Shown here: piece by piece, positions 12,930-26,432 of the stretch
Position numbering within the stretch: position 1 is the first letter of the stretch
How the letters are laid out: every line of letters begins with the position of its first letter
Origin: the human T2T-CHM13v2.0 reference genome, Homo sapiens
Reading direction: 5' to 3' (one strand)
NCBI RefSeq assembly: GCF_009914755.1
Contig: NC_060939.1
DNA length: 64,000 nucleotides
Position numbers and translations under genes: made by a program
Notes under the pieces: generated by a model
What the model saw: only the letters and a program-made list of their open reading frames with translations
What the model was told of the DNA's origin: nothing
The model's database searches: none

Positions 12930-15400
12930 GTGAAGCCCGCCTTTCAGTCTTTGAAGGGACTCAGCTCTTTGTACTATATCTCCTTTTTAGGAGGACTACA
13001 TTCCATCTTGGGATTGTTTGTTTGTAGTGCACAAGATGCATCCCTGTGTAATTTTCCGAGTGATGTTTTGAAAGTGTGGTCTACTGAGGTGTGGTTGTAC
13101 TAGGTTGGCGAGGACATCACTCCCATAGTGCATTCCTTTATGTAGATGTTTTGAGATTGGATAAACCAAGGCCTTGGGGTTTCATCATCCTGTAGGCGTT
13201 ATCTTATAGGTGTCAGTTTTCTAGGGGAATTGGAATCTCTTTTCTCAAACCCCTGGCTTGGGCACGTTTGGGATCTTGTTCAGTGTAATGAGGTTTAAAA
13301 TCTAGTAATTCCAAATGGAGTATTCATGTCCCAGGACCTGTGCCTCCCAAGCAGCTCATTTTGCAGCTTTGCCAGCTGCCTGGTTACCTTCGGTTGTGAA
13401 TTATGTCTCTGGTGTTGGGGAAGTGCATGATGGAAGCCTGGGCAGGCAAGGCAATTGCCTTTACTAGGTCCAGAATTTCTCTTGGGTGTTTAATGTCTGT
13501 ATTTTCTGATTTCAAGCAACCTCCTCTATGTTTCCAGATCACCCAATTGGCGTGCATTTCCAGGAATGCATATATGGAATCAGAATAAATCTTTACTCCC
13601 TTTTCCTGGGACAGTTCTAAAGACTCAGGTAAGAGCAATTAACTCAGCTCTTTGTGCGGAGGTAGCTGCAGGAAGGGTATGGACTACTATTACCCTTTTG
13701 GTAGTCACAGTGGCACATCCGGCTCTGTGCACATCTTTCATTAAGCTGCTCCCATCAGTGTAGTTCAAGTCCAGAGCACTCATTGTCTAGTTTGACAGGT
13801 TCAGCATGCTTGAATAAGCTGCATCAAGGATTTACAGTCATGCTTTAACCCAGGATTGTGTTCAGTGGCTGAGAGCAGTGTGGCAGGGTTTAGAGCCATG
13901 GTGGTTTGTAGGGTGATATTTGGATCATATAAGAGGATGGCCTGGTATCTGCCCACTCACCCCACAGTGAGCCAGTAGCCTCCCGTTTGTTCTAGCAGAG
14001 TCAGCACCTGATGGGGTACAAACAAGGTAACTGGCTGTCCCAGAGTAAATTGTTCTACTTCCTGTAGGACTTCACAGTGGGTGCTCTTGCCCAGAGGAAG
14101 GGGAGCCATCCCTTAATCTTTGGTGTAATTGTTTAGAGAAATAGGCCATGGATTGTGGGGCATCTCCCAGCATTTGCATTAGCACAACCCACACCTATGC
14201 TTTGTTTCTCTTGGATATAGAGTTTGAACAGCTTTTGGGAATTTGGTATCCCAGTGCAGGGGGTGATATCAGCTTTTCTTTGATGGTATAAAATGTTTGT
14301 TGACCTTTAGATGTCCAGAGAAGGGCCTCTGAGTCTAGTGAATCCTTTAAGGATTCATAAAGTGTTTTAGTCATTAGTCCAAACTTAGGAATCAAATCTG
14401 GCAGAAGCTAACCCTTTCTAAGAATCCCCATGGTTGCCCCCATTCTCTGGAGCTTTATGGCTGCTATTGCCTGTTTTTTGTTTTTTTTTTTTACCAGACC
14501 AGGCTCCTTTGGCCTTGCTTTAACCTAAAGCCAAGACAGGTTACTTTCTACTTACATATTTGGGGCTTCTTGGGAATACTTTGTATCCATATTGTACCAG
14601 GTGATTTAGAACTAAAATGACATCAGCTAAGCATTTCCTATAGTTGTGGCTGGCTATTAATTATCTATGTGTTGTAGCCAGGCTTCTTAATCTTGTTGTA
14701 GGTCTCCTAAGTCTTTTGCCAGTATTTCCCCAAAAATTGTTGGTGCATTTTTTAACACATTGAGACCCCACTGTCTAACAGTATTGAAAGGTTGTTTTAG
14801 TCTCTCGGTCCTGTCATTAAAAATAATAATGATAATTGTTGGGTCTTTTCTTCAATTGGAATGCAGAAGAAAACATCTTTCAGATCTAGCACTGAAAAGC
14901 ATTCATAATGTCTATATATAGCAGTCAGTAGAGTATCTGGGTTAGGCACCACTGGGTGAATATCCAAGACTATTTTATTAACGGTTCTCAGGTCTTGGGC
15001 AAATTGATATTTGTAGAAGTGTAGCTTCCTTACAGGCACGATAGGGCTATTATATGGGGATCTGCAAGGATGAATCAGTCCACTTCTCAAATTTTTGAAA
15101 GACAGGCTGTATTCCTTCTAAGGCTTCCTTTCTTAATGTATACTGATTTTTTTATTCGCCTCCTCCCCGCCGCCCAGGTCACAGTAGCCCCTTCTATTTT
15201 TTCTATATGCACTCACTGTATATTTCTTGTTTTTCCTGGGATTCCTTCTGCCTATTCACAATTACGCACTCTCTCATAGACTTCTGAGGGAGAATTCTTG
15301 TTTCTTCTTAAGGCAAGTGAGTAACATCTTAGTTGCAGTGCTTGCTTTAGCAGGACCTGCAGCCATAGTTGTTTCTCTGGGGATAAATTACTTGAGTATT
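12930..15400 (-). pseudogene. ERV pol remnant (RT, RNase H, integrase N-terminus only)
   Basis: SPYNSPIVPVRK..QDLRTVN..FSVLDLKDVFF (14797-15090); RNase H TDGS (~13750), [11 protein letters not shown] and IYSDSIYAF; HHCC-like stretch near 13030-13150. Confidence 0.9.
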
Positions 15401-15700
15401 TAATTTGCATAATGGGTCTTTTCCCAGCAAGGGAATTGGGCATTCTTACATATAGAAATAGCAGTGCCTTAGGTCCAAACTTTCTAGTTTGCATTCTAAA
15501 GGTTGTAGGAAAGCCTTTTGTTGCATTATTCTTGCAACTCCTATCACAGGTACAATCATTTTGGTGCTTTTTGCTCATAAAGTGTTAAAACTGAATAGTT
15601 TGCCCAGTATCAACCAGGAAATCAATTAACTTTTTCCTCACTGTCAGTTGTACCCAGGGTTCCTGTGGGGAAATTTTAATTGTCTCTGAGTGATTAAGGA
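15400..15700 (-). pseudogene. ERV protease remnant
   Basis: PQEPWVQLTV..IDFLVDTG active-site motif at ~15604-15670. Confidence 0.8.
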
Positions 15701-15749
15701 GAGTCCCCAGGCATCACTCTCTGTGGTCAGAGCAGTGACCCTGCTCCAT

Positions 15750-17083
15750 GATTTGACTTTGAGCTTTTTCCTCATCATATTCCTCCTTTTTCTGGCCCCT
15801 TGGTCCTTTCTTTTGGGACAGTCATCCTTTCAGTGGCCTTTCTCCTTACACTAGGCACACTGGCTGTGTTCCAGAGGCTTGCCTCGATTTTTCTGATGCA
15901 GAGGCTTCCTTGTTCATTCCACGTTTATGGTTGAAACTTCTGTTTCTTTGTCTCTGGAGCGGGGAAGGGGTCATTCCTAGTGAGGCTTCCTGTTTTGGTA
16001 CCCCTTTCCTGAGTCCAAACAGGAAGAATGTTTGTGAATATTCCAGATGGGCCATGTCCCCTTATCAATTGGAGCCCCAATTAGGGTTTGCATCCAGAAT
16101 GGTCCCTTCAGGTTTGGGGTATTTGGATTTGTTTCATGGAGGCACCAAGACTCTGGACCTTCTTTGGTCTGCAGTCAGAAACATATTTAGGAGAGACTAC
16201 ACATCTGCTCAGGTACGCTGGTGGGTAGCACAGATAGACACATAGAGATCAGTCATTTTCTGGGGATCCATTGTATAAAGTGGGGTGGAGTTTTTCCATT
16301 TCACAAGTTAGATGTTGAAAATGGGCTGGATGTCCAGTAATGTCTGACAGGTTGCCCACTCTCATCCAAGCCACCCATGGCCATCCCTGTAAACGGTAAT
16401 TCCTTTGCTCCGGCCATGGCAATTCCTTGCTAAATCATGTTCCCTGTCAAGCACTGGAGGGAGAGGCCGTCTCTGTTCTCTCATTATACTGAGGCGGCAG
16501 AGTAGCTCCCTCTTATTGGTCTGATGCCTCACTTGGTAGCATCAAGGCAATCCGGTCCAACGCAGAGGCCAGTGCTAAGGGCCCCGTATGGTGGTACTGC
16601 AGTGGGAGCTGTTGAGGTGGAGCAGAGGCCAGGTGCGTTCTGGCTGTGGTGGTTGGAGCTGCTAAAACAGCTTGGGTGTAGGACATTTAAAAGTCCTAAT
16701 TCTTCTTCATTGCTTTCTGCCTGAGTTTGGCTCTCTGGCTTGTGAAGAGCCTTTTTTCCATTCTGTCCTTTGGTATAGCTAGCAGCTGGCATCTTCCCTC
16801 ATGGTATGAATCCTGATTTTCGAAAAGCATGAAGGCTTGGACATATGGTAGTTTTTCCTAATTTTCCAGACCTCTGACAAAATGAGTCTAACTGCATTAA
16901 AGGCTAATATTGGTTGCGTCCATTCAGAGGTCAAAATTTATAACCTAACTTGTCCACAGTCCAAACAGCACTGCAATAATAGACCATTTTTCTGTTAGTC
17001 ATGGGCTGATAGCTATAGGCTCTACAGTTAGCTAGGGTATGCCCCAGGGGCCTCCCAGAGGTGATAGAGACCTTGTTTCCCCT
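15750..17083 (-). pseudogene. ERV gag remnant
   Basis: (M->R)GNKVSITSGRPLG..LAN..KMVYYC..VW matrix-like start; decayed CCHC zinc knuckle QCA*CKE-GH*KDDCP (~15815-15865). Confidence 0.75.
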
Positions 17084-18407
17084 CCTGACGTGGTTTCTAT
17101 GTCCATACTGCTCATCCCTGTGAAACAGTGATGACAACTTTTATTTGTTGTCTCTCTTCTGTTCTGCACTGCTCATATCCTTCAACCAGACCTCTATGGG
17201 TTGGAAAGACGTTTCTAGCTTCATATAAGCAGTGCAATTAATACCACTCATGGTCCTAAAAGGAAGACTTGTGGAAATCTCACCACACAGCTGGGACAGC
17301 CAAAGAGACCAGAGAATAAACTAGTTGGGCAGGCTAGTGATTAGCACCAGCTAGCACAGCACTCCCCCACCACCACCCTGCCCCCGCTCCACCCCCTGCC
17401 CCGGCCCACCAGCACATCAACTTCATCCCAAGTCCATGTTCTGCTGTCCTTAGTACCCTAGTAGATGGTAACCGAATGGCAACAAATTAAATGGTAAATT
17501 AGGCAGATAAAAAGGGCAGAGGGGTTGGAGTCAGGACTGCCTAAATACTTATCCCATATGCTGTTAAGCTTTTTTTCACATAAACAACATTAAGCACCAT
17601 AAGCATGGTGGCAAGCCCTTTAGATAACCTATGGAATTGTTCACATCCTTCCTTTCCCCATAAAAACTGGCACAGCTGTGAGAAGTACTCCAGGGCCCTA
17701 AAAAGAGTGACCCTGCTAGGGCAGTGGAGGCTGTTTCCCTCCAGGGCCGGATCCTGGATGGAGTGGGGCTTATGCAGATCACCCTGCAGAGGAAAGGAGG
17801 AGGAGGAGAGAGAGACAGAGATGAGGGCCTAAATGTAGATATTGTACCTTTTACAGTTGCAGGTTCAGACTGCACAGTCCCGGACAGATCCCCACTAAAG
17901 GGCTGGGTAAACGTCCTGAAATCTCCTCTCAATTTCAGATGCCCTCCTGCCAATCAGCTGACTCCAAGTGGAGCAAAGCCCAGGTCTTGACGTAGATACA
18001 GATACCATACATGCCCAGATGATGTCACAAGCAGCTATATGTAAACAGAGCAGAGGTCAGGTGACATCACAGAACAGGCAGAGGCAGTTCAGGGGGTATT
18101 CTGGTTGCCTTACCCAGCTCTGAAGTCTGTCAGCCTCTTCAGATGTCACTTGCCCTGTGGTAAGGAAGTGTAGTTGGCAGCTGGTGCAGTGGCAAGAAGA
18201 GAAAGGAGGTTCCCCAAGACAGAAATATCTCAGCAGGTAAAGAGAAATTCCCTAGAGCCTCAATCATGGGATCAGCTAGTTGGAAGCAGGTGGCATTCCT
18301 GGGTAGTTTCTTTCCCTTCCAGTGAGCAGAGCGGTTAAGCCTTGGTGTGCTTGTGTGTCTGATTGCCCCACTCATTGGAAACCAGACCAATGGTTTCAGG
18401 AACTCTG

Positions 18408-19252
18408 AGTGTGTTCTTCCCCTCTATGTGTCCATGTGTTCTTATCATTTAGCTCCCACTTATAAGAGAACATGGAGATATTTGGTTTTCTATTCCTGTG
18501 TTAGCTTGCTAAGAATAATGGACTGCAGCTCCATTCACGTCCCTGCAAAGGACATCATCTGGTTGTTCCTTATAGCTGCATTGTATTCCATGGTGTATAT
18601 GTGCCACATTTTCTTTATACAGTCTATCGTTGATGGACAATTTAGATTGATTCCATGTTTTTGCTATTGTGTATATTGCTGCAGTGGACATATGTGTTCA
18701 TGTGTCTTTATAACAGAATGATTTATATTCCTTTGGATATATACTTAGAAATGGGATTGTTGGGTCAAATGGAAGTTCTGTCATTAGGTCTTTTAGGAAT
18801 CATCACACTGTCTTCCACAATGGTTAACCTAATTTACACTCCCACCAACATTGTATAAGTGTTCCTTTTTCTCCACAATCTTGCCAGCCTCTGTTATTTG
18901 TTTGATTATTTGTTATTTGTTATTTTTTGACTTTTTAATATATACGTTCTGACTGGTGTTAGATGGTATTTCATTTTGGTTTTGATTTGCGTTACTCTAA
19001 TAATGAGCGATGTTGAGAAGATTCAAATAAATGCAATCAGAAACAACAAGGGTGATATTACCACTGACCCCACAGAAATATAAACAACCATCAGAGAATA
19101 TTATGAACACCTCCATGGACATAAATTAGAAAATCTAGAAAGAATGAAGAATTCCTGCACAAATACACCCTCCCAAGACTGAACCAGAGAGGAACTGAAT
19201 CCCTGAACAGACCAAGAATGGCTCTGAAATTGAGGCAGTAATAAATAGTCTC
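18408..19252 (-). mobile_element. Older L1P element with an internal inversion (minus 18408-19017, plus 19018-19252)
   Basis: Antisense L1 3' region (catttagctcccacttataag..) abruptly followed by sense ORF2 ([15 protein letters not shown]); poly(A) end missing. Confidence 0.85.
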
Positions 19253-19692
19253 AGTGACAAATTTTTAAAATGCCACTTAGAAAATGTACACATAATTTTG
19301 CTCTATTCAGCAAATATATCTGTAACAATCACTTTTAGGAAAGGTGTTAAAATATTTTATTATTTTTTCTCATTTAGCTTAACATTTTAAAAATACTTTT
19401 CTGCTGGCAACTATTTATATCTCCATTTTCATTGACATAGTCAATAATTTACCCACCTTTCTATTAAATAATAGTGGATCAACTGATGTGCATTATTTTA
19501 TACTGAACTTTGGCACTCTTGACATAATTCATATACGAATAGTCATCCAAATGTCTTGGCCAGTGAAGATGAGATTTGTCTGCCAAGGTTGAACAGGAGT
19601 TTTCCTACCTGAAAGCGGCAAGCAGTACAAAAGCAAGAACATGGTAGATGAAATTCAGGAGTCCCACAAGCAGATGAGGATTCATTTAGGGC

Positions 19693-20700
19693 CTGAGAAG
19701 GTGCAGGGACCCCTCATAGGGGCCTGTGTACCACCCCAAGCATGGAAATAAAGGAAAATCTTGAGTCCCTTCACAGAAATTCCAGGCACCTCTCTACCTC
19801 TGAGAAGTACACGAGCCACTGGACAAGCAAGAAGGTAAAACAGTAGCAAGGAATGGAGAGTCATGGGAATATGGGGTTCCCTATGGAAACTAAAAATCAA
19901 AGCTTAGCATATGTCCCTGAGTTGTTGTTCAGAAAGCTGCCCCTCTACTAAATGGATCCACTGGCACATAGACCTCAGATAAAGGGGATCTATGAAATGA
20001 ACTCTGCCATTCTTTATTCTCAATTTCTTCCTGAGTGGCCTATGGAATGTTACGTCTATGAGCCAAAAGTACCATTACTTTCTGCTGATCCCAAATTTTC
20101 TGACAAATTTTACTTTCTTAAATAATCACACATCAGAAAATCTCTGAATCCCCCTATGACCTGTAAGCTTCCACTTCAAGATACTTCATCCTTTTAGTCT
20201 AAAACCAATGTGTAACCTCAATATATTAATTTATGACTGTGTATTACCCCTCCCCTCTGTGTCTTTAAAATCCCCTACCTGTAAGCTGTCTGGTAGTTTT
20301 AGTCTTTATTTTATTTTATTATTTTATTTTATTTTGGGGATGGAGGTTTGCTCTCGTAGCCCAGGCTGGAGTGCAGTGACTCCATCTCAGCTCACTGAAA
20401 CCTTTGCCTCCTGAGTTCAAGCGATTTTCCTGCCTCAGCCTCCTGAGTAGCCAGGATTACAGGCAGGTGCCACCATGCCCAGCTAATTTTTGTATTTTTA
20501 GTAGAGATGGGGTTTCCCCAAGTTGGCCAGGTTCGTCTCGAACTCCTAACCTCAAGCGATCCGCCCTCCTCGGCCTCCCATGGTGCCGGGATTACAGGTG
20601 TTGGCCACCATGCCCGGCCTGTCTGTGTGACTTCTTAAATGTTCTTTGATATTCTCCTGCAAACCTCATGATGTTCTCTTGTTTCTCAGATTGTAACGTG
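19693..20700 (+). mobile_element. MER39/MER34-like LTR interrupted by an Alu
   Basis: tgagaaggtgcaggga..catggaaataaaggaaaatcttgagtcccttc; same family as 62217-62989. Confidence 0.65.
20300..20618 (-). mobile_element. AluS
   Basis: (TTTTA)n tail, cccaggctggagtgcag..ccaccatgcccggcc. Confidence 0.9.
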
Positions 20701-23700
20701 TTACATGAATTTATTCTTTCTATCCCATGCTTCCTTTTATTGATGCATTCTGTCCTTTAAGTAGTGCATTTAGAACATTGACATTTAAAGTGATTATTGA
20801 TATAGTTGGATTAAAAATCTACCAAATTTGTTACCATTTTTCAGTTGTTGATTTGTCTTTGTTCTTATTTTTGTATTTCACTCATTTTCTACCTTTTGTT
20901 GTTTTGAGCACTTTATATCAGTTCATCTCATTTCTTAGCATATCTCTATTTTTTTACCTTTTTAGTGACTAGTCTAGGTAATAATTTTATGCTTAATTAA
21001 TCTAACAAATAACAGCTTGTTAAAAACATTAGTTTGAATATATTTGATTAGATATGGTTAAATATATATCATTGTGTGTGTATATGTATACATACAAACA
21101 TTTATGTGCATTTATTCTTATGTAAGTGAGATGAATAACTGCAATAGGTGATAGAAGGAAAGAATGTGGGTTATTCTGTTACTGTAAGGTGTTCACACCA
21201 CATCTTAAGTGATATATTGTTACTTGAAAGGGGGCTTGGATTAGCCAGAATTTTAAATTGCAAACTGTAGGGCAGCCTCAGTTCCTTGCTGGCTGTTGAC
21301 TAGAGGCTGCATTCAGTTTCTTCCCATGTTGACTTCTCCCATGTGGCAGAATGCTCTATCAAAGCCATCAAGGCAAAGAGCTTGCTAGCAAGACCAAAAA
21401 AAAAAAAAAAAATCACAACTTTACGTAACATGATCAGTCGTGTGACATCTAATATTCTTGTATTATTGTGTTGTGTGAAAGCAAGTCACATTTCATGCCC
21501 ATACTCACAGGGAGAGGATTACAATACAAGGTCATGCACCCTGGCAGGTGGGGATCATTGGGCACCATCTTAAGGTCTACCAGCCACATCAGGTCCTGTC
21601 TGATGTGCAACAGTTTCCCAGTCTTCGTTTATCTTGAAGACTCTCAGCTGCTAAGAAAAGAACTGGTGAGGTATTTTATAGGAAGCATCACAATGTGGAT
21701 TCATCTGATGATTTCTCATTATTTGAATAGAATTATAGACTTATTTTGAACACCTTTATCTTAATTTGAAGACAATAAAAACTGAATATATTATTTAGAA
21801 ATATAAACATAGACATAAAAATAATACAAAAAGGAAATGACAAATAGGAAACTGAAAATAATAGTAACCTTCATGGGGGTAAAAAATGCCATGAAATTGG
21901 GGAGCTGCACATTTAGAGCATCAACAATATTGATAATATTCAGTTTGTTAAGGTCAGCAGTGAATTTTTAAAGAAAGAAAAAAAGCTTTTCTATTTTACG
22001 TTAGCTTTGGACTTACATAACAGTTGCATAGTCAGCATGGAGAGTTAATATGCAACCAACACAGAGTTTCCATCATTATTAACCTCTTATATGAGCATGG
22101 GTATTTGTCACAATTAACACACCAACATTATGCATTCTCATTCACTGATATCCACATATTAATCAGATTTCTTTTCTTCCTAATTACTGTTTGTTTTCTG
22201 TTCTAGGATCTCTTCCAGGATAACACCTTTAGATATCATGTCTCCTTAAGCTTTTTTTGTCTCTGCAGTTTCTCTGAATTTCCATGTTTTTCGTGGCATT
22301 GACATCCTCCATTTAGGATTTCTATGATTGTTTTTACTAACAATTAGACTGAATTTGTAGATGTGGAAGAAGAAGAGACAGGAGTGAGTGTAATACTCAT
22401 TATACCATGGGCATATATTCTCAAAATGCTTTTATCACTATTGATACTAATTTGAGCACCTGGATGAGGCAGTGTGTGTCCAGTTTCTCCACTGTAAAAT
22501 TAATTTTCCCCCTATCCACGTCGTACTTTTTGAAAAAAACGTCACTATGCACAGCGCATACTTAATATTGGGGAATTATTCTTCACCTCCTTAGGGCAGA
22601 ACTTGTATAGTATCGTTTGTATTTCATTATCATAGGCAATGTATCTCTTCTCCAGCATTTATTTAGTCAATTATTTATATTATATGGAATATTGGCAAAT
22701 AAAAAATATTTATTTCCCCTGTGATTAGACTAGTTTATTGTATTGTTCAAATTGTGCTAGTGCTGGTCATTAGAAGGCCTTTCAGTCAGCTGCTTTACCA
22801 CTTTGAAATACCCATATTATTGCTATTTGATTTGGTTTGTGTGGTGTGTTGTTTGGTTGTGTTGTTTAACTTTTTCTTACTTTCTGGCTCTACAAGGTAC
22901 TTAAGCTTAATAGTGTTGATTCCCTTCCCAGCCATGCCATTTACCATTTTCCCCCAAATTCCTAGTTCCTTTTTTGGTGAATGGCATTAGAAACAAAGGT
23001 CTCGGCAATGGTGTTGTCATTTCTGCCAGGCGTCTGTTAATTCTATGTTTTGTCATCTGACAGAACAAAGGATTATATGTATGTATGTAATTCACACTCA
23101 CATATGTATATGCATTTCTACAACATTTCTCCATTTATTCCTATGTAAAGTTCAGCATGAATTCTTATTAATGTTTCCAGCACCCATGATCTAATTCAAG
23201 ACTACATAAATCAGTTTCCCCATTCCCACTACTTGTATGTAACCTCCCACGCTAACAGTGAGATAGTTGGCCTCCTTTATATAATCAATGAGTCCAAAAT
23301 ACATGCAGAGTAGTTTTAGAATTGGTAATTCATACACCCATGGGAAAGAATGTTTCTAACTAAAGAAGAGAATTTATGTACAGATACTTTGACATTTAAA
23401 CTAAGAATCTCTCCTTATTTTTATATTTCTTAGGTTGGTCCCCTTTGCCCCCAAATGTCTGTTTCTTTTTCACAATATTTTAAATGGAATTGTTTTCTAT
23501 GTTTTATTTTAGATTAATTGACAATATATAGAAATGCAATTGATTTTTATTACTCTAGTATACTAAAGTGTTACTGAACTCATTTTTTGTTTCTAATCTT
23601 CTTTTAGTAATTTCCTTAGGATTTTCTATACATAGGATTATGTCATTTATGAATAGAGAAAGCTTAACTTCATCCTTTTCATTCTAGAAGTCTTATATTT

Positions 23701-26130
23701 ATGTTTCTTGCCTAATTACCCTGGCTACATGTTCCAATACAATACTTAATAAAAGTAGCAAGAGCATACATCCTTGTCCTGTTGCTAATTTTTTGAAGAA
23801 ATTACTGAAACATTCATAATATGGTGTGTTGTTGTGTGAGTTTTTCATAGATGCCTTTTATCACTTAAGAAAATTTCCTTTTATGCCTAATTTGCTCGGC
23901 ATTGTTATCATGAATGTGTTTTGGATTTTTCAACTGCTTATTCTGTATCTTTAGAGATAATTATGAAGCTTTTGTCCTTCACTCTGACAATATAGCGTAT
24001 TACAGTAATAGTTTTTGTATGTTTAACAAAACATATTTCAGGGACAAATGACTTTGCTCATAATGTCTATTTTTATTAGGTTACTGGTTTATTTTGATAG
24101 TATTTCCTTCAGAATTTTTGCCTCTGTTTCATGGGGCATATTTGTCTGTAATTTTCCTTTCTTGAAATCTCTTTGTCCAGTTGTGCTATCAGGGAAAACG
24201 GGCTTCATGCGGCATATTGGGAAGTGTTCTCTACTCCTCTGTTTTTATTTTTTTTTCTTGAAAGATTAGTTAATAAAGATTGTTATTAATTTTCAAAGGG
24301 GTTAGAATAATTCACCAGTGAAGTCATCACAACCTAGAAAAAAATTGAATCCTACCAACACTAACATGAGCTGGGAAAGGGATCCTTCCTCAGGGGATGC
24401 TTCGCTTGAAACCTCAGCCTGGGTCATCTGATCCAGAGAAAAGGTTAAGTAATAGTTACGTGTGGGTTTGAACATCTAAGCTGTTCAGTTATATGTTATA
24501 CAGCGACCTGTAGGTAATATACCTGAGAGTAAATGTAATTAGATTCTAGAAGAGAAAATGACATCAGTGGAAAACCTGGCAAAATATTAAGAAAGTCTGT
24601 CTTTCAGTTAATGCTTCAAAACTATTAACTGTATTTCAGGTAATAGTTTTGTACCACTGTCAATTTCTGAGTTTTCATAAATACATTCTGGTTACATGAG
24701 TTGTTAACATTTCAGAAAGCTGTAGATTATGTAAAACTGCATTATCTTTGAAACTTTCTGTAAAACTAAAATTATTTTCAAATAAAAATATTCTTAAAAT
24801 ATATTATTTAGGAACAAAAAAAAATACCAACACAGATGGACATAAACAACAAGAAACCTTGGACCAGAGGATGAGTGGAGATGCAGGGAGTGAAAGGCAA
24901 AGTACTTGCCTTATTATCCCCATTCCTACACAGGGCACCTGCTTCAGGCTTCAGGCACCTCATCAAGCTCCAGGGACTCTCATCCATTTTCTTCTTTCCC
25001 ATCATATGCTCCATTACCCAGTCACCAGTTCATACATCAGTAACCACTTTTTCAAAGAAAGGTGCCTGCCCCACATGTGTTAGAAGGCCCTATTTTCAGG
25101 CACTTTGTGGTAGTGTCTTTGTAGGATCTCACTAAAGACATTTTGAAAGACATGACTTCCAGACAAGATTGAGAAACACCAGTGATGGGGAACATAAATA
25201 ATATTTCTACATTAGGAGTGTTTTCTTAGTTCAGAGATTCTCTTGTTCAAGTTTTAAAGTTTTTAAAGCCTTTGAGAATACCCTATGATAATTAAGTTCT
25301 TTTTATTATGCAGACTCCATCATGAATTCATGGCACCACACAGTCCCCTGATGCTATAATATCATGGATTTCTTTTGTCCAGTGAGAGGCCCAAAAGCTG
25401 CAGCACAGACAATATCATAGTGTAGAAGGTTCACTAGCTATGAAAATAAAAGCTTCTAATCATGGGGTTGTAGGCTGATTCCTGCTTACAGAGACCTGAA
25501 ATGAACCTTCAGACACCAGGCATATGAAAGCGAGGCATGTTAGTGATACAGAGTGTGTTGTGCAGAGGTGGAAATAGCCTAATAGAAAAAAGGAAAGAAG
25601 AGCACAGTACAACATAGCCCAGCCCACCATGCAGTGATCTAAGAGATGGACACAGGCTCAGTGCAGACTCTGCATCTGTGCTGCTTAAACAAAGTTCTCC
25701 ACAGCAGGGAGGATTGTCCCCTCATCCCCCACACAGCTCCCCGTTCACAGGCCACACCACTTTATGGGAGGGCACCAGGGTTGTTCCAGGAACGATGTCC
25801 ACAAAGCTTACTAAGCCATGGGACTGTGTGCTGCACTCCCAAGGACATCCATGAAGTTAGGACTCTTTTTGCTTTTTCAGACCGTGATCATGGGCTACAT
25901 TCTCCATACCAGCTTCATAGCTCCAGTGAGAAAATAAATTCCTGCACCCAGGAGACGTGGAGTAAGAGATACAGCTGACCTTGACCACATTTCTTACTTC
26001 CAAGAAGATTGTAGCAATAATTCAGGTGCTACTATTTGGGACATTTATAATTCAATAAACCTGCTTACCCCTCTGAGCTTACAATTCACCCCATAGGAAG
26101 GAGAGCCTCATTTAAATTGATAATCTTAAA

Positions 26131-26432
<302 letters not shown>

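Larger units (their letters stand above)
10764..18390 (-). mobile_element. Decayed ERV1 (gamma-like, PABL/PRIMA-type env) provirus: 3' LTR 10764-11426, env, pol, pro, gag, leader; 5' LTR missing
   Basis: LTR with TG..CA ends; gag/pro/pol/env motifs in the expected order on the minus strand. Confidence 0.9.

Noticed and set aside
17363-17410. C-rich tract (G4 potential on the minus strand)
   Set aside because: Low-complexity expansion within the ERV leader; no evidence of function
25646-25978. 110-aa ORF in module E, similar to ORFs 8957-9163 and 34323-34571 (shared LH.C/YW..K..HS pattern)
   Set aside because: The similarity follows from DNA paralogy; starts, stops and lengths are not conserved between units and indels are frequent
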